A stretch of 64,000 nt of DNA from a virus (lineage: Duplodnaviria > Caudoviricetes): the IMG/VR virus record IMGVR_UViG_3300028886_000078, positions 17,321-81,320 of that record; one strand, written 5' to 3'. Positions 31,819-43,314 of this stretch are shown here, in pieces (the first letter of the stretch is position 1; every line of letters begins with the position of its first letter). The position numbers were made by a program, and so were the translations under genes. The notes under the pieces are model-generated. The model made no database searches and was not told where the DNA came from. It was given only the letters and a program-made list of their open reading frames with translations.

Positions 31819-34800
31819 CGATTTTGCAAAAACTTTAAAAAGTTACAGCATCACTTATTTGCCAGAATTGCCATCGAAAGATCTAAAAGTAGAAGAAAAC
31901 ACTGTAATAGCAATTCCGGCAGAAGAGAAAGATAAGTTTAAACTTTACACATGGTTTGAAAATAAGTGGGTTCTAACTACTACTATCTATAAGTCAGATT
32001 TTGATTTAAAAGACCTTAAAGATATCTACAATGATTTAAATAATGCAGCAAATAAACTCACAAAAATTTCAGCAAACACTGAAAGTAATGAGATGTTTTT
32101 AAAACTTGGAAAAATCACAAACAAGGTTTTGCAGGCAATGTATGAACTTGCCGATGATGTTATAGACCCATTTGAAAAGACTTGCGATGCCGAAAAAGAT
32201 TATAAACGTGCTGAACAACAGCAGGAATACTTTGAGCATCAGCTAGAAGAAAGTTTGAAAGATACGGTTCAAAATGGATTATAAAAATGGCATCAACCTT
32301 AGAAGTTTTTATACAAATTTTTAGTGAATACGGGAAACTTAATACTGATATGTGCGTTATTAAGTACGATGGTGCTGACTATATATCATCAGAGTTCAAA
32401 GCATACACAAAGCTTTCTGAAATACCGTCATTAACAAGCATTGACATGAATTCTAAGGTTTGTTATGCTTATTATGAAGATGGTTGTCTGTTTGTGGAAT
32501 TAGAATCATAACTAGATGAATAAACTGAACAAAAACACTTTAAACGATGAGGAATAACATTGGATTATAAGAAAGAAGCTGAACGATGGCAGAAAAATTA
32601 TGAAGCTATGCCATTTAAAAAGGGTTTGTATGCACCATTGTTCAAACGTTCCGAGCATGAAAGTGATGAAGAATACGTTAAAAACTGTGAGGAAGCATAT
32701 ACTTTATTGTGTTGTATGGGATTATACTCAAGCAGTGATGAAGCGATTCGAGAAAACATTAAAGAGTATATGGATAAAACATATTCTGATTGGACTGATA
32801 ATCATCTTCTAGAATTGATGAAACGTGACCTTGAAAATGATAAAACAAAGAATGAGAATATTGAAGATATTGAAGGCTTTCAAATAATTCCTATTCCCAA
32901 AAATCCATTCAGGTCTTGAAATTGCTGACGATGTTATAGAACCTTTTGAAAACTCTTTGAAAGCGGGAGATAAAAATGAATAATGAAGAAAATCTTGAAA
33001 TTCTTAAAAATTATATAAATGAAAAAATAAAAAATATGTAGAAAATACTATAGACACTACTAATATCCCAAAAGTTAATTATTGGTGCGGCTATATAAAA
33101 GCATTGAAAGATTTGAAGGATTTTCTTGGAATAAAGGAAGACGAATGAATATTTTAAAAGTTATTAAAGAATTCTTTTGTCCTAAAATGTACTCAGGAAT
33201 TGAAATTGCTGAGATGGGAAAAAATATCAAGTTTGATTATTATCCTGAAGCTGTAGATTTGATTTACAGTTCAGATAAACTTACAGATTCTGAAAAGAAC
33301 AGAATAGTTGATAATATCATTCATGGTTATACTCAAAATAAGTTTATTGATAAAAATGCTTTCGAATATCTTAAAAGGAAATTGGAATGAACTTTTTAGA
33401 AAACCGATTAAAAAATGCAGAAGATACTCTGTTTCAAGTTCAAAATGATTTAGATAAACTCATTAAAGAACTTGAAAACAAGCCGGAATTGTTTAATATT
33501 TATCTTAAAGTTTTAAAAATAAGACAATCTATTTTAGAACGAGATTCAGAAGTCAAGACGTTTATTCCAACAATTTGAGGTTAAAAAATGAACATCCAAA
33601 TACCCTTTGATTTACTTGGTAATTATGAATCCATTGTACTGAATACAGATGATTCATTCTACCAGTTGACAATCAGATATCGATGTGCTAACATAACAAT
33701 CACATTGAACAGTCACGATATAGAATCGTATAATTTCAGGTATAATTTCACAAATCCTAACATGGATAACATAGAAAGAGTAAAAGAGGTTTTACCGAAA
33801 TTGATTGAATATTTTGAAAAACTTGGTCATAAAGATGCTTACAGAATGAGGGAAAAATGGAAGATTTGAAAAAGGAAATGAAAAAATGACTAAAAAAGTT
33901 ATAAAAGAATTGATTTTTGATTTACCGAATAAAGAAGAATTTTTCTTTGTTCATAAGCCGTTTCAAGAAAATGTTAAAAGTGTTAATGTTTATACTGACA
34001 GTTTTGATGATAATATTATCAGAATATCAATAAACTCAAAATTCCAAAACAAACATAGCCCAGAAAACTTTGTTTTGGAGTATGACTTATATCAAGAACA
34101 TTGTTATCTGATTTATGAAGATGAGTATGACCATTCTGAAATTATTGAATGTGGTAGAAAGTGTGCAGCAAAACTTGAAAAATTTGTTAATGATTTTATA
34201 TCTAAAGAAAAAGAAACATTTAGAGAGATGGATAAAAAAATTCCCTTCAAAATGGATTTATACACGTTGATCGAAAAACTCAAAGATATACAAACAAGGT
34301 GCGAGAATGAAGGAAAAAACGTTGAAGTTGTAATTCAGAACGATTTTGAAGAGTTTCATGCTTATGGCATACATGGCAATAATAATATTGTATTCTTAGA
34401 TGTGAAGGAGTAATAAATGGATTTGATTGATTTTCCGTATGAACGAGATGAGCGTTTCTATGCCGAAATTGATATGCATGATTTGTCTGAGCAGGACAGA
34501 GCGCATCTAATGTTAAAAGTTGCAATTGATGCAAATTTCATAAACTACAGAAAAAGCCAGCTTGAACTGCAGTATTTTGATTACCTTAAACAGATTGAAA
34601 ATTTTGAAACATTAAGGTATGATGATAATATTAATGATTTATATATAATAAAAGATAATATTTTATTTTTCAATTCTTTAAAATTTCACAGCCTTGCTGA
34701 AGAACTTCTCCGTTTGAAAGAGGATTTAAGGATTTTAAATTCTATAGTTTCTAAAAATTTCAGCAAAGATATTGTAAGAATGCTCATTGAGCAGATGTTC

Positions 34801-35078
34801 TATGATGCTAGTCTGCATTCCGGCTATACGGCAACATACAAGTTGATGTATGATGATACAATTACAATGCACTGCATTATGTATAAAGGTTTAAAACTGT
34901 ATGACGTATATATAACAAAAGGCAGTCTTAGTAAGATGCTTAATGAACGTAATGATCGGATTGTAGATTACATCTCAAAGAATATTGAACAACTAAAGTT
35001 TAGAAAGCCATCAAATGATGACGAAACTAATCTCATTTATAAAAAATTCAATACAAGTAAAAGGGAAATGACATTTGA

Positions 35079-35423
35079 ATGACAAAATTTGGCATATTCA
35101 TTAGAAAGTTCAGACTTGATAGAGGGGTATTATTGAGAGATATGGCAAAAGACTTAGGAATAAGTCCAGCATATCTTTCCGGCATGGAAACCAGTCATAA
35201 AGATATTCCTCAATCGCTTGCAGATCATATAATAAGTGTGTATAATTTAAGTACTGAACAAACAAAAGAACTTAAACATTCAATCATGCTTTCAAAGCAG
35301 AAAATCTGCATAACAACCGGGCAAATTGCTTGGAAAAATGAAATCGTTTCAATGCTGAAAGAAAAACTTGATAATCTTTCGGAAGAACAAAAATTTAAAA
35401 TCATCGAGGTTTTAAAGGAGTAA
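35079..35423 (+). CDS. Xre-family HTH transcriptional regulator
   Basis: TKFGIFIRKFR...LRDMAKDLGISPAYLSGME. Confidence 0.85.
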   Translation: MTKFGIFIRKFRLDRGVLLRDMAKDLGISPAYLSGMETSHKDIPQSLADHIISVYNLSTEQTKELKHSIMLSKQKICITTGQIAWKNEIVSMLKEKLDNLSEEQKFKIIEVLKE

Positions 35424-35646
35424 GTATGTTAATATTAACTGACTTTTATAACTATGCTAAAGAATGGAATAACCACTGCAAAGAACAAGGCTACAAGGTA
35501 GCCTCGGAAAGTGAAACAGCACAGATGTTCCGCAAGATTGCAAGGCTCTGCTACTGCAATGAGAATCCATTTGAATATACCAGAAAACATTTTAAGAACA
35601 TTGTTCAAGATGATGAATTCTGTTACGTTGTAAAAGACATTTCAAG

Positions 35647-35678
35647 AAGAATTTTGTGATATATATCACAAAATTCTT
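35647..35678. terminator. Perfect 32-bp palindrome between convergent genes (bidirectional terminator; core is TGTGA-N6-TCACA)
   Basis: aagaattttgtgatatatatcacaaaattctt. Confidence 0.7.
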
Positions 35679-35684
35679 AATGGA

Positions 35685-37043
35685 TTAAATTCGTACATCG
35701 TCCAAAGATGTCAAAAAATCTACAATATATAAGATAGGGTTAGGAACATTTTGATTATCACCGCTTATAGTGTAAATGAGTGTGTTATTTTCATCGTACA
35801 ATTCAAAGGTATAGAAGTCAACTTTGTAAGTAGTTGTTTGACCAAAGTTTCCCATATAAATTCTTAAATCTTGTAAGAGGTTTATATTAACTTTGTCAAG
35901 GAATTCGATGGTCAAGGTTAAATAACCGCTGGCTGGGAATATACATGCATCATGTGATATTCTTTGAAATTGCGCTAAGGCAAATAAGTTATGCGGTGCA
36001 TAATCATCATTTCCGTTATCCGACCATCTTGAACTAACGGATATTTGACACTTGTATTCGTTTGCGTCTATATCGCTGAAAACAACCGTTTCTGACGTTG
36101 CAGATGGGTTACGTGGGGATAAACATCTCTCATAATGTAGATGCTCAAATTTGCCCCTAGAGAGCATTGTAAGGTAAGGATAACGATTAACACTCGATGC
36201 AGCCGTTAAAACTATCTTAAAGTTTTGAACAAGGTTCTTTTCTTCTTCATCAAATACAATATTCGGGATTAAGGTTCTTGCAGTAAGATACTTTTCACCG
36301 TTCTGGATTGATTCCTCAATCTTAACTAAAGGTTTCAAAGGGGTCTGAGTTTCAATAATTCTTTCAATATTGATATCTGATATGTCAATTCCCCCCTCAC
36401 TAACAGATGATGTATAAATCCTTAAATCATTCTCGTATATATCAGGGAATGGAATACTGCCGATGATTACATCATCGATTTTTATATTACATATTGTTTT
36501 ATTATAAAACTCTAAATAAATTTTAAATGATGTTTTAGTTAATCTATAATCTATAGTATTAGTTGAATCAACAATAGCCAATCCATGCGAACCATCTCTT
36601 TTTATATCTTTAATCTGTATATAAGAATTATTACATTTAATAAATCCGCATTCAAAGTTATCATCATATTCGTTCAGTTCCACATTGAAACTTAGAACAT
36701 ACGGCTGATTATATGTTACCGAGGTATTAACATCAAAATGAAAATACAGATAATGAGAATCATATACAGAGCCGTAATTTGTATTTGAACGAAATACGTA
36801 TTTATCATCTTTTAATAAGATTTCACCGGGGTCTTCATATTCATAGGTGACTTGCTGACCATAAATAGGATCACCCCATGAATATCCTACTATAACAGTA
36901 GTAACGATTTTCTTAGGTGTTGTTACTGCAGTTAACTCAAAATTTTTATATTTGTTAGTATTTGTTAAAATCTGTTTATCTTTAACAATTCCAATATCTT
37001 CTGAGGAAAACCATTCATTTTCCAATTTCCACTTCAACGGCAT
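35685..37043 (-). CDS. Hypothetical late, beta-rich protein (possibly virion-associated)
   Basis: 452 aa; late promoter motif near 37071; divergent from the tail fibre. Confidence 0.65.
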   Translation of the reverse strand: MPLKWKLENEWFSSEDIGIVKDKQILTNTNKYKNFELTAVTTPKKIVTTVIVGYSWGDPIYGQQVTYEYEDPGEILLKDDKYVFRSNTNYGSVYDSHYLYFHFDVNTSVTYNQPYVLSFNVELNEYDDNFECGFIKCNNSYIQIKDIKRDGSHGLAIVDSTNTIDYRLTKTSFKIYLEFYNKTICNIKIDDVIIGSIPFPDIYENDLRIYTSSVSEGGIDISDINIERIIETQTPLKPLVKIEESIQNGEKYLTARTLIPNIVFDEEEKNLVQNFKIVLTAASSVNRYPYLTMLSRGKFEHLHYERCLSPRNPSATSETVVFSDIDANEYKCQISVSSRWSDNGNDDYAPHNLFALAQFQRISHDACIFPASGYLTLTIEFLDKVNINLLQDLRIYMGNFGQTTTYKVDFYTFELYDENNTLIYTISGDNQNVPNPILYIVDFLTSLDDVRI

Positions 37044-37140
37044 AGTTTAATCCTTTTTAGTTTTTTATTATATTTATATAAATACTAATATAATAATTAT
37101 AATAAATTAATAAAAATCTTATATAAAAAGGAATAAAATT

Positions 37141-38930
37141 ATGATTTTAACCGAAAATGGTGTTTTAAAACTTATGCAACGCATTAAAAGTTTTATAGCA
37201 TCTCAATTAAACACAAAAGCTGCATCTGTGCATACACATTCAATCTCCGAAATTGATAATCTTGCATCTCAATTGGGGGGGGGTACACTAAAAGTGAAGT
37301 AGATACCCTTTTAACTGGTAAAGCAGATACTTCACATACTCATACTAAATCACAAATAACAGATTTTCCGTCATACGGAACAACTGCAAATACTATTTGC
37401 GAGGGAAATGACTCAAGATTGAGTGATGCTAGAACCCCTACATCACACACTCATACTAAAAGTGAAATAACGGATTTTCCTAGTTTATCAACAGTAGCTA
37501 CAAGTGGAAGTTATAACGATTTGAGTAACAAACCTACAATTCCAACTGTCAATAATGCTACTCTTAAAATTCAAAAGAATGGAACTGACGTTAAGACGTT
37601 TACTGCTAATGCTAGTTCAGATGTTACTTGTAACATTACAGTTCCAACTAAAACTTCTGATTTGACTAATGATAGTGGTTTCTTAACATCACATCAAGAT
37701 TTAAGTGGATATGTTCCTAGAAGCGGTGGGAATGTAATTACTGGCACAACCTTTAATCGAACTGTTAATGATTCTTCCGTAACATTGTGCGGTGGCACAG
37801 ATTGGGACGGCGGTGCATCTATTACTTTAAGCGGTAAAGACCGAACTAATGATAACGGTGACGTTATAATCAGAACAAAAGGCAATTCAAACGTTTCAGA
37901 TTTCGTATTAAGACCTAATGGTACTGCTACATGGGGCAATAAAAATCTTGCTATGCAAGAGGATACTGTGCCTAGGTCTGGCGGTGCGGTGATAACAGGT
38001 CCAATATTCAGCAGAACAGTAAATGATAGCGAATTTAGGCTTGACGGTGGTACAACGTGGGGTCAAGGTGCATCTTTAGCACTTTCCGGCAAAGATAGAC
38101 CAGGGTCAACAGGATTAGCAACATTACATACTTCAGATGGTACAGATACAAGTGATCTTTTGCTTAGGCCGAATGGAATATTCGCACTTGTTACTAACGG
38201 TACTTCAAAATACGTTGCTATGCAAGAAGATGTTGTACCGAGAAGCGGTGGGTATGTGCTTAATGGGACTGAGTTTAGCCGACCGGATTCTTCGGCTTAT
38301 GTTACCATTTGTGGAGGTTATGGTCAGCAAGGCGGTGCATTCTTAGCTTTACACAGTAAGGGATATACTAATGCTAACTGGTTGCTAAGAACAACCAACG
38401 GCTCAAACTTAACTAAAAGCTTTTTAGGTGGGTATGATGGTACACTCGCATGGGATGGGACAGCAATTCAATACACTTCAGATAAACGCTTAAAACAACA
38501 AATAACACAAATAGATAACGCTTTATTAGATGCTTGGGAAGATGTAACCCCATGTCAATTTAAATATAACGATGCTGTTGATCAAAAAGGTGACAATGCA
38601 AGACTTCATACCGGTTATGTTGTTCAGCAAATTGATGAAGCATGTCAAAAACATAACATAGATATATCTGAATACGGTCTATATTGTCATGAAGAATACC
38701 CAGAAAGGACAGAAGAAGTCACTATTGAAAATGAAGATGGAACTACATCTAAAGAAACTAAAGTCATAGAACCAGCTAGAGAGCATTATTCATTACGATA
38801 TACCGAAACCTTAGTGGTTGAATGTGCATATTTAAGACGTGAAAATGCACGTTTGAAAGAAAGACTGCAACAGCATGATGAATATTTTTCAAATATCGAA
38901 AAGCGATTGCAATCCCTTGAAAATTCTTAA
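37141..38930 (+). CDS. Tail fibre / receptor-binding protein with C-terminal S74-type chaperone, frameshifted at a G9 tract
   Basis: ATG 37141 (AAGGA RBS) reads to G9 at 37275-37283 and then stops; the other frame continues YTKSEVD...HTH repeats, three VPRSGG repeats and SDKRLK. Confidence 0.85.
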
Positions 38931-38939
38931 AAATATTTT

Positions 38940-38970
38940 TAAAATCTGTGACGTATGTCACAGATTTTTT
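38940..38970. terminator. Bidirectional terminator-like palindrome
   Basis: aaaatctgtgac-gtat-gtcacagatttt between convergent genes. Confidence 0.7.
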
Positions 38971-38975
38971 AATAT

Positions 38976-39527
38976 TTAATAATTCCAGTCTTGTTCCCAC
39001 CAGTCATCGATATTTTTCAAGTCACGTACATCACAAAGAATGCCATCAGCATCGCGTTCAGAGACTTCAACAACTCTATGACCTTTTGAATTGATGTATG
39101 ATCTGACATATATTGGATCATCATCATCAAACTTCACATCAAATTCACGTTCATACTTTTTTAATGCAACAACTGCTTTATCATTGAAATCTGTATTGTT
39201 CCAAATTGCAAGACAGCATGATTTTGAATACAAATCTTCATCAACAGGATAACGTTTATTTTCATATAATACATGTGTGAAATAAACTTTATCACTTCCT
39301 TCGATATAGTAATATTCAATCGTTACTTGGTCTAACTCGATTGTAAGAACTACATCGGTATCAATTTCACGTTCAGCCTGTTTAAGTGAATCGAAAGATT
39401 CTACTTTGTAAGTATCGGTAGGTTCACGCATGGAATCTGCAGCATCGATATAACCTTGATACTTTACAAGTTTTTCAAGATACTCATTAATATCAATTTC
39501 AATAAATGCTTTCTTAATTGTATACAT
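38976..39527 (-). CDS. Hypothetical protein in late-promoter cassette
   Basis: 183 aa, GAGG RBS, TATAAATA upstream. Confidence 0.7.
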   Translation of the reverse strand: MYTIKKAFIEIDINEYLEKLVKYQGYIDAADSMREPTDTYKVESFDSLKQAEREIDTDVVLTIELDQVTIEYYYIEGSDKVYFTHVLYENKRYPVDEDLYSKSCCLAIWNNTDFNDKAVVALKKYEREFDVKFDDDDPIYVRSYINSKGHRVVEVSERDADGILCDVRDLKNIDDWWEQDWNY

Positions 39528-39677
39528 TTGAATTTCCTCTATTTGAAATGTTTTATTATATTTATATTTATACTATAAAAATAATAAAAAATCTGTGTCC
39601 TAGAACACAGATTTTGAAAGTGGATTGAAAATTGTTAAAAATAATAACTACAATATGTGTTGCAGATTTTTTAATAT

Positions 39678-40013
39678 TTAATAATTCACAACTATTGATA
39701 AAAATACTTTTTTACCAATGAATGATAATGTGAATGAATCTGAGCGAATATTGCAAGTATAAAGTTTTACTGTAGTATCAAATTCATCAGATAACAATTT
39801 TTCAAGTTTTTCAATATAGAATGCTTTTGGAGAACTGAGCATAACTTTTTGAATTTGCTTATTCAATCCATCGGTCATTTCAAATTCATCATCCATAGAC
39901 CAAAGATATGATATTCTGCCGTAATCAGCACTTCCAGTATTGTATTCTACACTTCTTACCTTTGCACTTTCGTTCATTCGTGTTCTTGAAAATCTTGGGG
40001 TTCTTCTTAACAT
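39678..40013 (-). CDS. Putative internal protein, paralog of 40749-41063
   Basis: MLRRTPRFSRTRMNE leader; high identity to paralog. Confidence 0.75.
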   Translation of the reverse strand: MLRRTPRFSRTRMNESAKVRSVEYNTGSADYGRISYLWSMDDEFEMTDGLNKQIQKVMLSSPKAFYIEKLEKLLSDEFDTTVKLYTCNIRSDSFTLSFIGKKVFLSIVVNY

Positions 40014-40156
40014 TTTTATTTTTCCTTTCTTGAATTAAATTCACCCACATGGGGGAGATGTCTGTTTATTATATATTTATATTTATACATTAAAAATAAT
40101 AAAAAATCTGTGTTCAAGAACACAGATTTTAAAAGTGGATTGAAAAATTTTGTTAA

Positions 40157-40576
40157 TTATTCATTTTCATCTTCATCATCGTAGTTATCCCTAAAATACT
40201 CAAGTGCATTTTGAGCAGATTTAATATCAATAATAAATAAATTGTCATCTAAGATTAAAAATGCATAAATCTTAGGCTTATTGAAATACTTTTTAAGAAG
40301 TGATAATGATTTTGAATTCAACTTATAATATCTATTAACATAGTCTTCCAATTCTTCTAAATCAGCAAAATTTGTGAAATGATGATAACCACATGAACCA
40401 TCACATTGATAGCACATCTCACCTTCCATCAAAGAGTCTACATTATCATAGTTGATTGAGAAAGTTTCAAAAATAGCAGCGATATACTCTAGCAATTTAT
40501 GATCTTCAGTATTGAATTCTACTACCCCATAATATTTTATCTCGCCAAAAGTTGGATAACCAGAATAATTTAACAT
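40157..40576 (-). CDS. Hypothetical protein in late-promoter cassette
   Basis: Start reassigned to ATG 40576 (AAAGGA RBS). Confidence 0.65.
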   Translation of the reverse strand: MLNYSGYPTFGEIKYYGVVEFNTEDHKLLEYIAAIFETFSINYDNVDSLMEGEMCYQCDGSCGYHHFTNFADLEELEDYVNRYYKLNSKSLSLLKKYFNKPKIYAFLILDDNLFIIDIKSAQNALEYFRDNYDDEDENE

Positions 40577-40748
40577 TTTAAATTTCCTTTTAATTGAATT
40601 CACCCCATGGGGGAGTGTTTACTTTATTGTGGTTATATTTATACTATAAAAATAATAAAAAATCTGTGTTCTTGAACACAGATTTTAAAAGTGGATTGAA
40701 ATTTTTGTTAAATATAAGAATTGCGATATGTGCTGCAGATTTTATTAT

Positions 40749-41063
40749 TTAAAAATTCACAATTATTACTAAAAATACCTTTCTGCCGGTAAAAGATAAT
40801 GCAAATGATTTTGAGCGAATGCTACACGTTCTATGTTCCACTTTAGTATCAAAAATATCTGATAACAAATCTTCAAGTTTTTCAATATAGAATGCATCTG
40901 AATAATTAAACATCATTTTTTGAATTTTATTATTCAGTTCATCGGTCATTTCAAATTCATCGGTCATAGACCAATAATATGATAATCTGCCGTAATCAGC
41001 ACGTCCAGTATATGAACTTTCGTTCATTTGTGTTCTTGAAAATCTTGGGGTTCTTCTGAGCAT
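40749..41063 (-). CDS. Putative internal protein, paralog of 39678-40013
   Basis: MLRRTPRFSRTQMNE leader; duplicated UTR. Confidence 0.75.
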   Translation of the reverse strand: MLRRTPRFSRTQMNESSYTGRADYGRLSYYWSMTDEFEMTDELNNKIQKMMFNYSDAFYIEKLEDLLSDIFDTKVEHRTCSIRSKSFALSFTGRKVFLVIIVNF

Positions 41064-41383
41064 TTTTATTTTTCCTTTCTTGAATTAAATTCACCCACAT
41101 GGGGAGATGTTTTTGATATTATATAGTATTTATATTTTATTTCAAAATCAAAACGAAAAAGCCTGTTTTCACAGGCTTTGGTCGTTCACTTACTAAGGAG
41201 TTAATTTGCTGTAATCGATGGGTGGAATAACGCATCCACCCGTGCGTGAGGAAGAAAATATGACAATGCCCTTATCGGACAATTATGATTATCAACCTTT
41301 TCAAAATTTAAAACTGTGATATAAATCACATTTTACAATATTTAATCAATTTTGTGATATTCCTTGCAAAATCTATTAGGAAC

Positions 41384-42850
41384 TGTAAATAAATAACTTC
41401 CGAAATTTAATGTATATAAATATTTATAAAAAATAATTAAATTTTTTATTGCATTATTATATATAGTATAGTATTATAACAAATATGAAAGATGAAACAA
41501 AAACATTATTATCTTGTATTATTCAAGTAACACCGTTTGATTCAATTTATGAAGAATTGGATCATGAATTGTTTTTGTCTAAAAATCTATATAATACATG
41601 TGTATATATAATACGTCAACTTATCTTTAAAAAGCGTGATTGCACAGATCCAGTTTTAAAATCTAGCATGAAAGGATATATGACTGGATTTGAGTTGTCA
41701 AAAATGCTTCAAGATGAAGATAATGTTGATTATAGAGCCTTGCCTGCTGCTGCAGCGCAGCAAGTTTGCAAGCAAGTTGATGAAGCTTTCAAGGCATATT
41801 TTGCAGCATGTAAAGAGGGTTTAACCCCAGAACTACCAAAATACTTAGATAAAGTAAAAGGTCGTAATAAACTTTCTTTTGCAAAGAATGGAATATCAGC
41901 ATCTAAATTAGAAAAGGGAATCATAAAGCTTGCTAAATCAGATATCACATTTAAACTTCCAGAATATATAGATTGTGAATCAGTTCAGCAAATTGATATT
42001 ATTAAAACAGATAATAGAACCATAAAAGTTATAATCATTTATGCAGTTCCTAAAGTTGAAATGAAAAAGAACAACAATAGAATTTTAGGAATTGATGTAG
42101 GTGTTAATAATTTGATGGCAGTAGTATCAAATACTAATGATTTTAAGCCAATAATTTATGATGGAAGACCAATTAAGGAGATCAACCAGTTTTGTAATAA
42201 ATATGTTGCTAAATATAAAAGTTTATCTAAAAATGTAATAACTGAACGTATATGTTCAATTTATAGAAATCGAGAAAACAAAATCGATGATTGTTTTCAT
42301 AAAATAGTCAACGATTTGATTAATCAAGCAGTTTCTAACGATTTTAGTGTTATCGTTATCGGTAAAAATAAAGGTTGGAAACAAGAGGTCAAACTTGGTG
42401 ATCAAAACAATCAAAATTTTGTTTGTATACCTCATAATCTGTTAATCAAGATGATTAAGTATAAAGCCGCATTATATGGTATTACGGTTATAGAAACTGA
42501 GGAATCTTATACTTCTATATGCTCTTTCTTTGATAATGAATTTCCGTGTTATCACGAAAATTATAAAGGAGAAAGAGTGAAAAGAGGATTGTTTAAGAGT
42601 TCTTTAGGGTTTATAAATGCCGATTTGAATGCTGCTTTAAACATAATCAGAAAAGTATTTCCAGAGTTTAGCTGTGAAACAGCTAATTTGAGTATAAATC
42701 ATTTTAAAAATGTATTAAAGGTAAGCCCTAAGATGCTGTGTAACAGCAATCATCGGGTCTAGTGGGGTCGGGCGATTCCTTCAATTTTAAAGCCTTAAAC
42801 AAGTTTTAAAGTTGTAAATGTAGATAAATTTCGGAAGTTATTTATTTACA
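41384..42850 (+). mobile_element. 1467-bp tnpB-only element bounded by perfect 26-bp terminal inverted repeats
   Basis: TGTAAATAAATAACTTCCGAAATTTA (41384-41409) and its exact reverse complement (42825-42850). Confidence 0.8.
41485..42762 (+). CDS. tnpB: TnpB-family RNA-guided nuclease
   Basis: SKNLYN, RuvC-I GIDVGVNN, IGKNKGWKQ, EESYTS, RVKRGLF, RuvC-III NADLNAALNI. Confidence 0.92.
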   Translation: MKDETKTLLSCIIQVTPFDSIYEELDHELFLSKNLYNTCVYIIRQLIFKKRDCTDPVLKSSMKGYMTGFELSKMLQDEDNVDYRALPAAAAQQVCKQVDEAFKAYFAACKEGLTPELPKYLDKVKGRNKLSFAKNGISASKLEKGIIKLAKSDITFKLPEYIDCESVQQIDIIKTDNRTIKVIIIYAVPKVEMKKNNNRILGIDVGVNNLMAVVSNTNDFKPIIYDGRPIKEINQFCNKYVAKYKSLSKNVITERICSIYRNRENKIDDCFHKIVNDLINQAVSNDFSVIVIGKNKGWKQEVKLGDQNNQNFVCIPHNLLIKMIKYKAALYGITVIETEESYTSICSFFDNEFPCYHENYKGERVKRGLFKSSLGFINADLNAALNIIRKVFPEFSCETANLSINHFKNVLKVSPKMLCNSNHRV

Positions 42851-43314
42851 ATGCCTTATCATGTCTTGATTTCACTTGAAATAGGTGATAAATTCACAAA
42901 AACTGGAAAAGGAATTTAGAAAATGAGTAAATTATCGCAAGCGAAAACAGATTTGAATTTTTTGAAAAAGAAAATTGATGAGATTTCAGATGTTGTAAAC
43001 AGACCTTTGCATAACAGTGTTTTTGATGAGTATTCTGAGCGTGATTTAGAAGCCTTGAAACGATGTTATACCTATTGCGAAACCTATATTAAGCTTTTGG
43101 AAATCAAAAAACTAAGGAAGGAAGAAAATGCTGAGAGAGTTGAAAACCCATAATCCAAAATATGCAGATCGTTTGATTGAATATTATAGATTAAAACATA
43201 AAAACCTTTCTGAACAGACTGCAATTGATGAACTCGAATTCATGTTTGAAAAATCATTTGATTTTTTAAATAATTATATGATAATGATAACTGGCAAACT
43301 TTTGGAGTCTTGGA

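Larger units (their letters stand above)
24376..35659 (+). other. Block of about 30 small co-oriented hypothetical (probably early) genes
   Basis: Tightly packed plus-strand ORFs of 60-220 aa with RBSs; includes paralog pairs 28373/28616 and 30306/30761. Confidence 0.8.

Noticed and set aside
41263-41276. ACAATGCCCTTATC resembling the right TnpB junction ACAATGCCTTATC as a guide target or target-site duplication
   Set aside because: The match is short, needs an indel and lies about 110 bp from the left end; it is plausible by chance.
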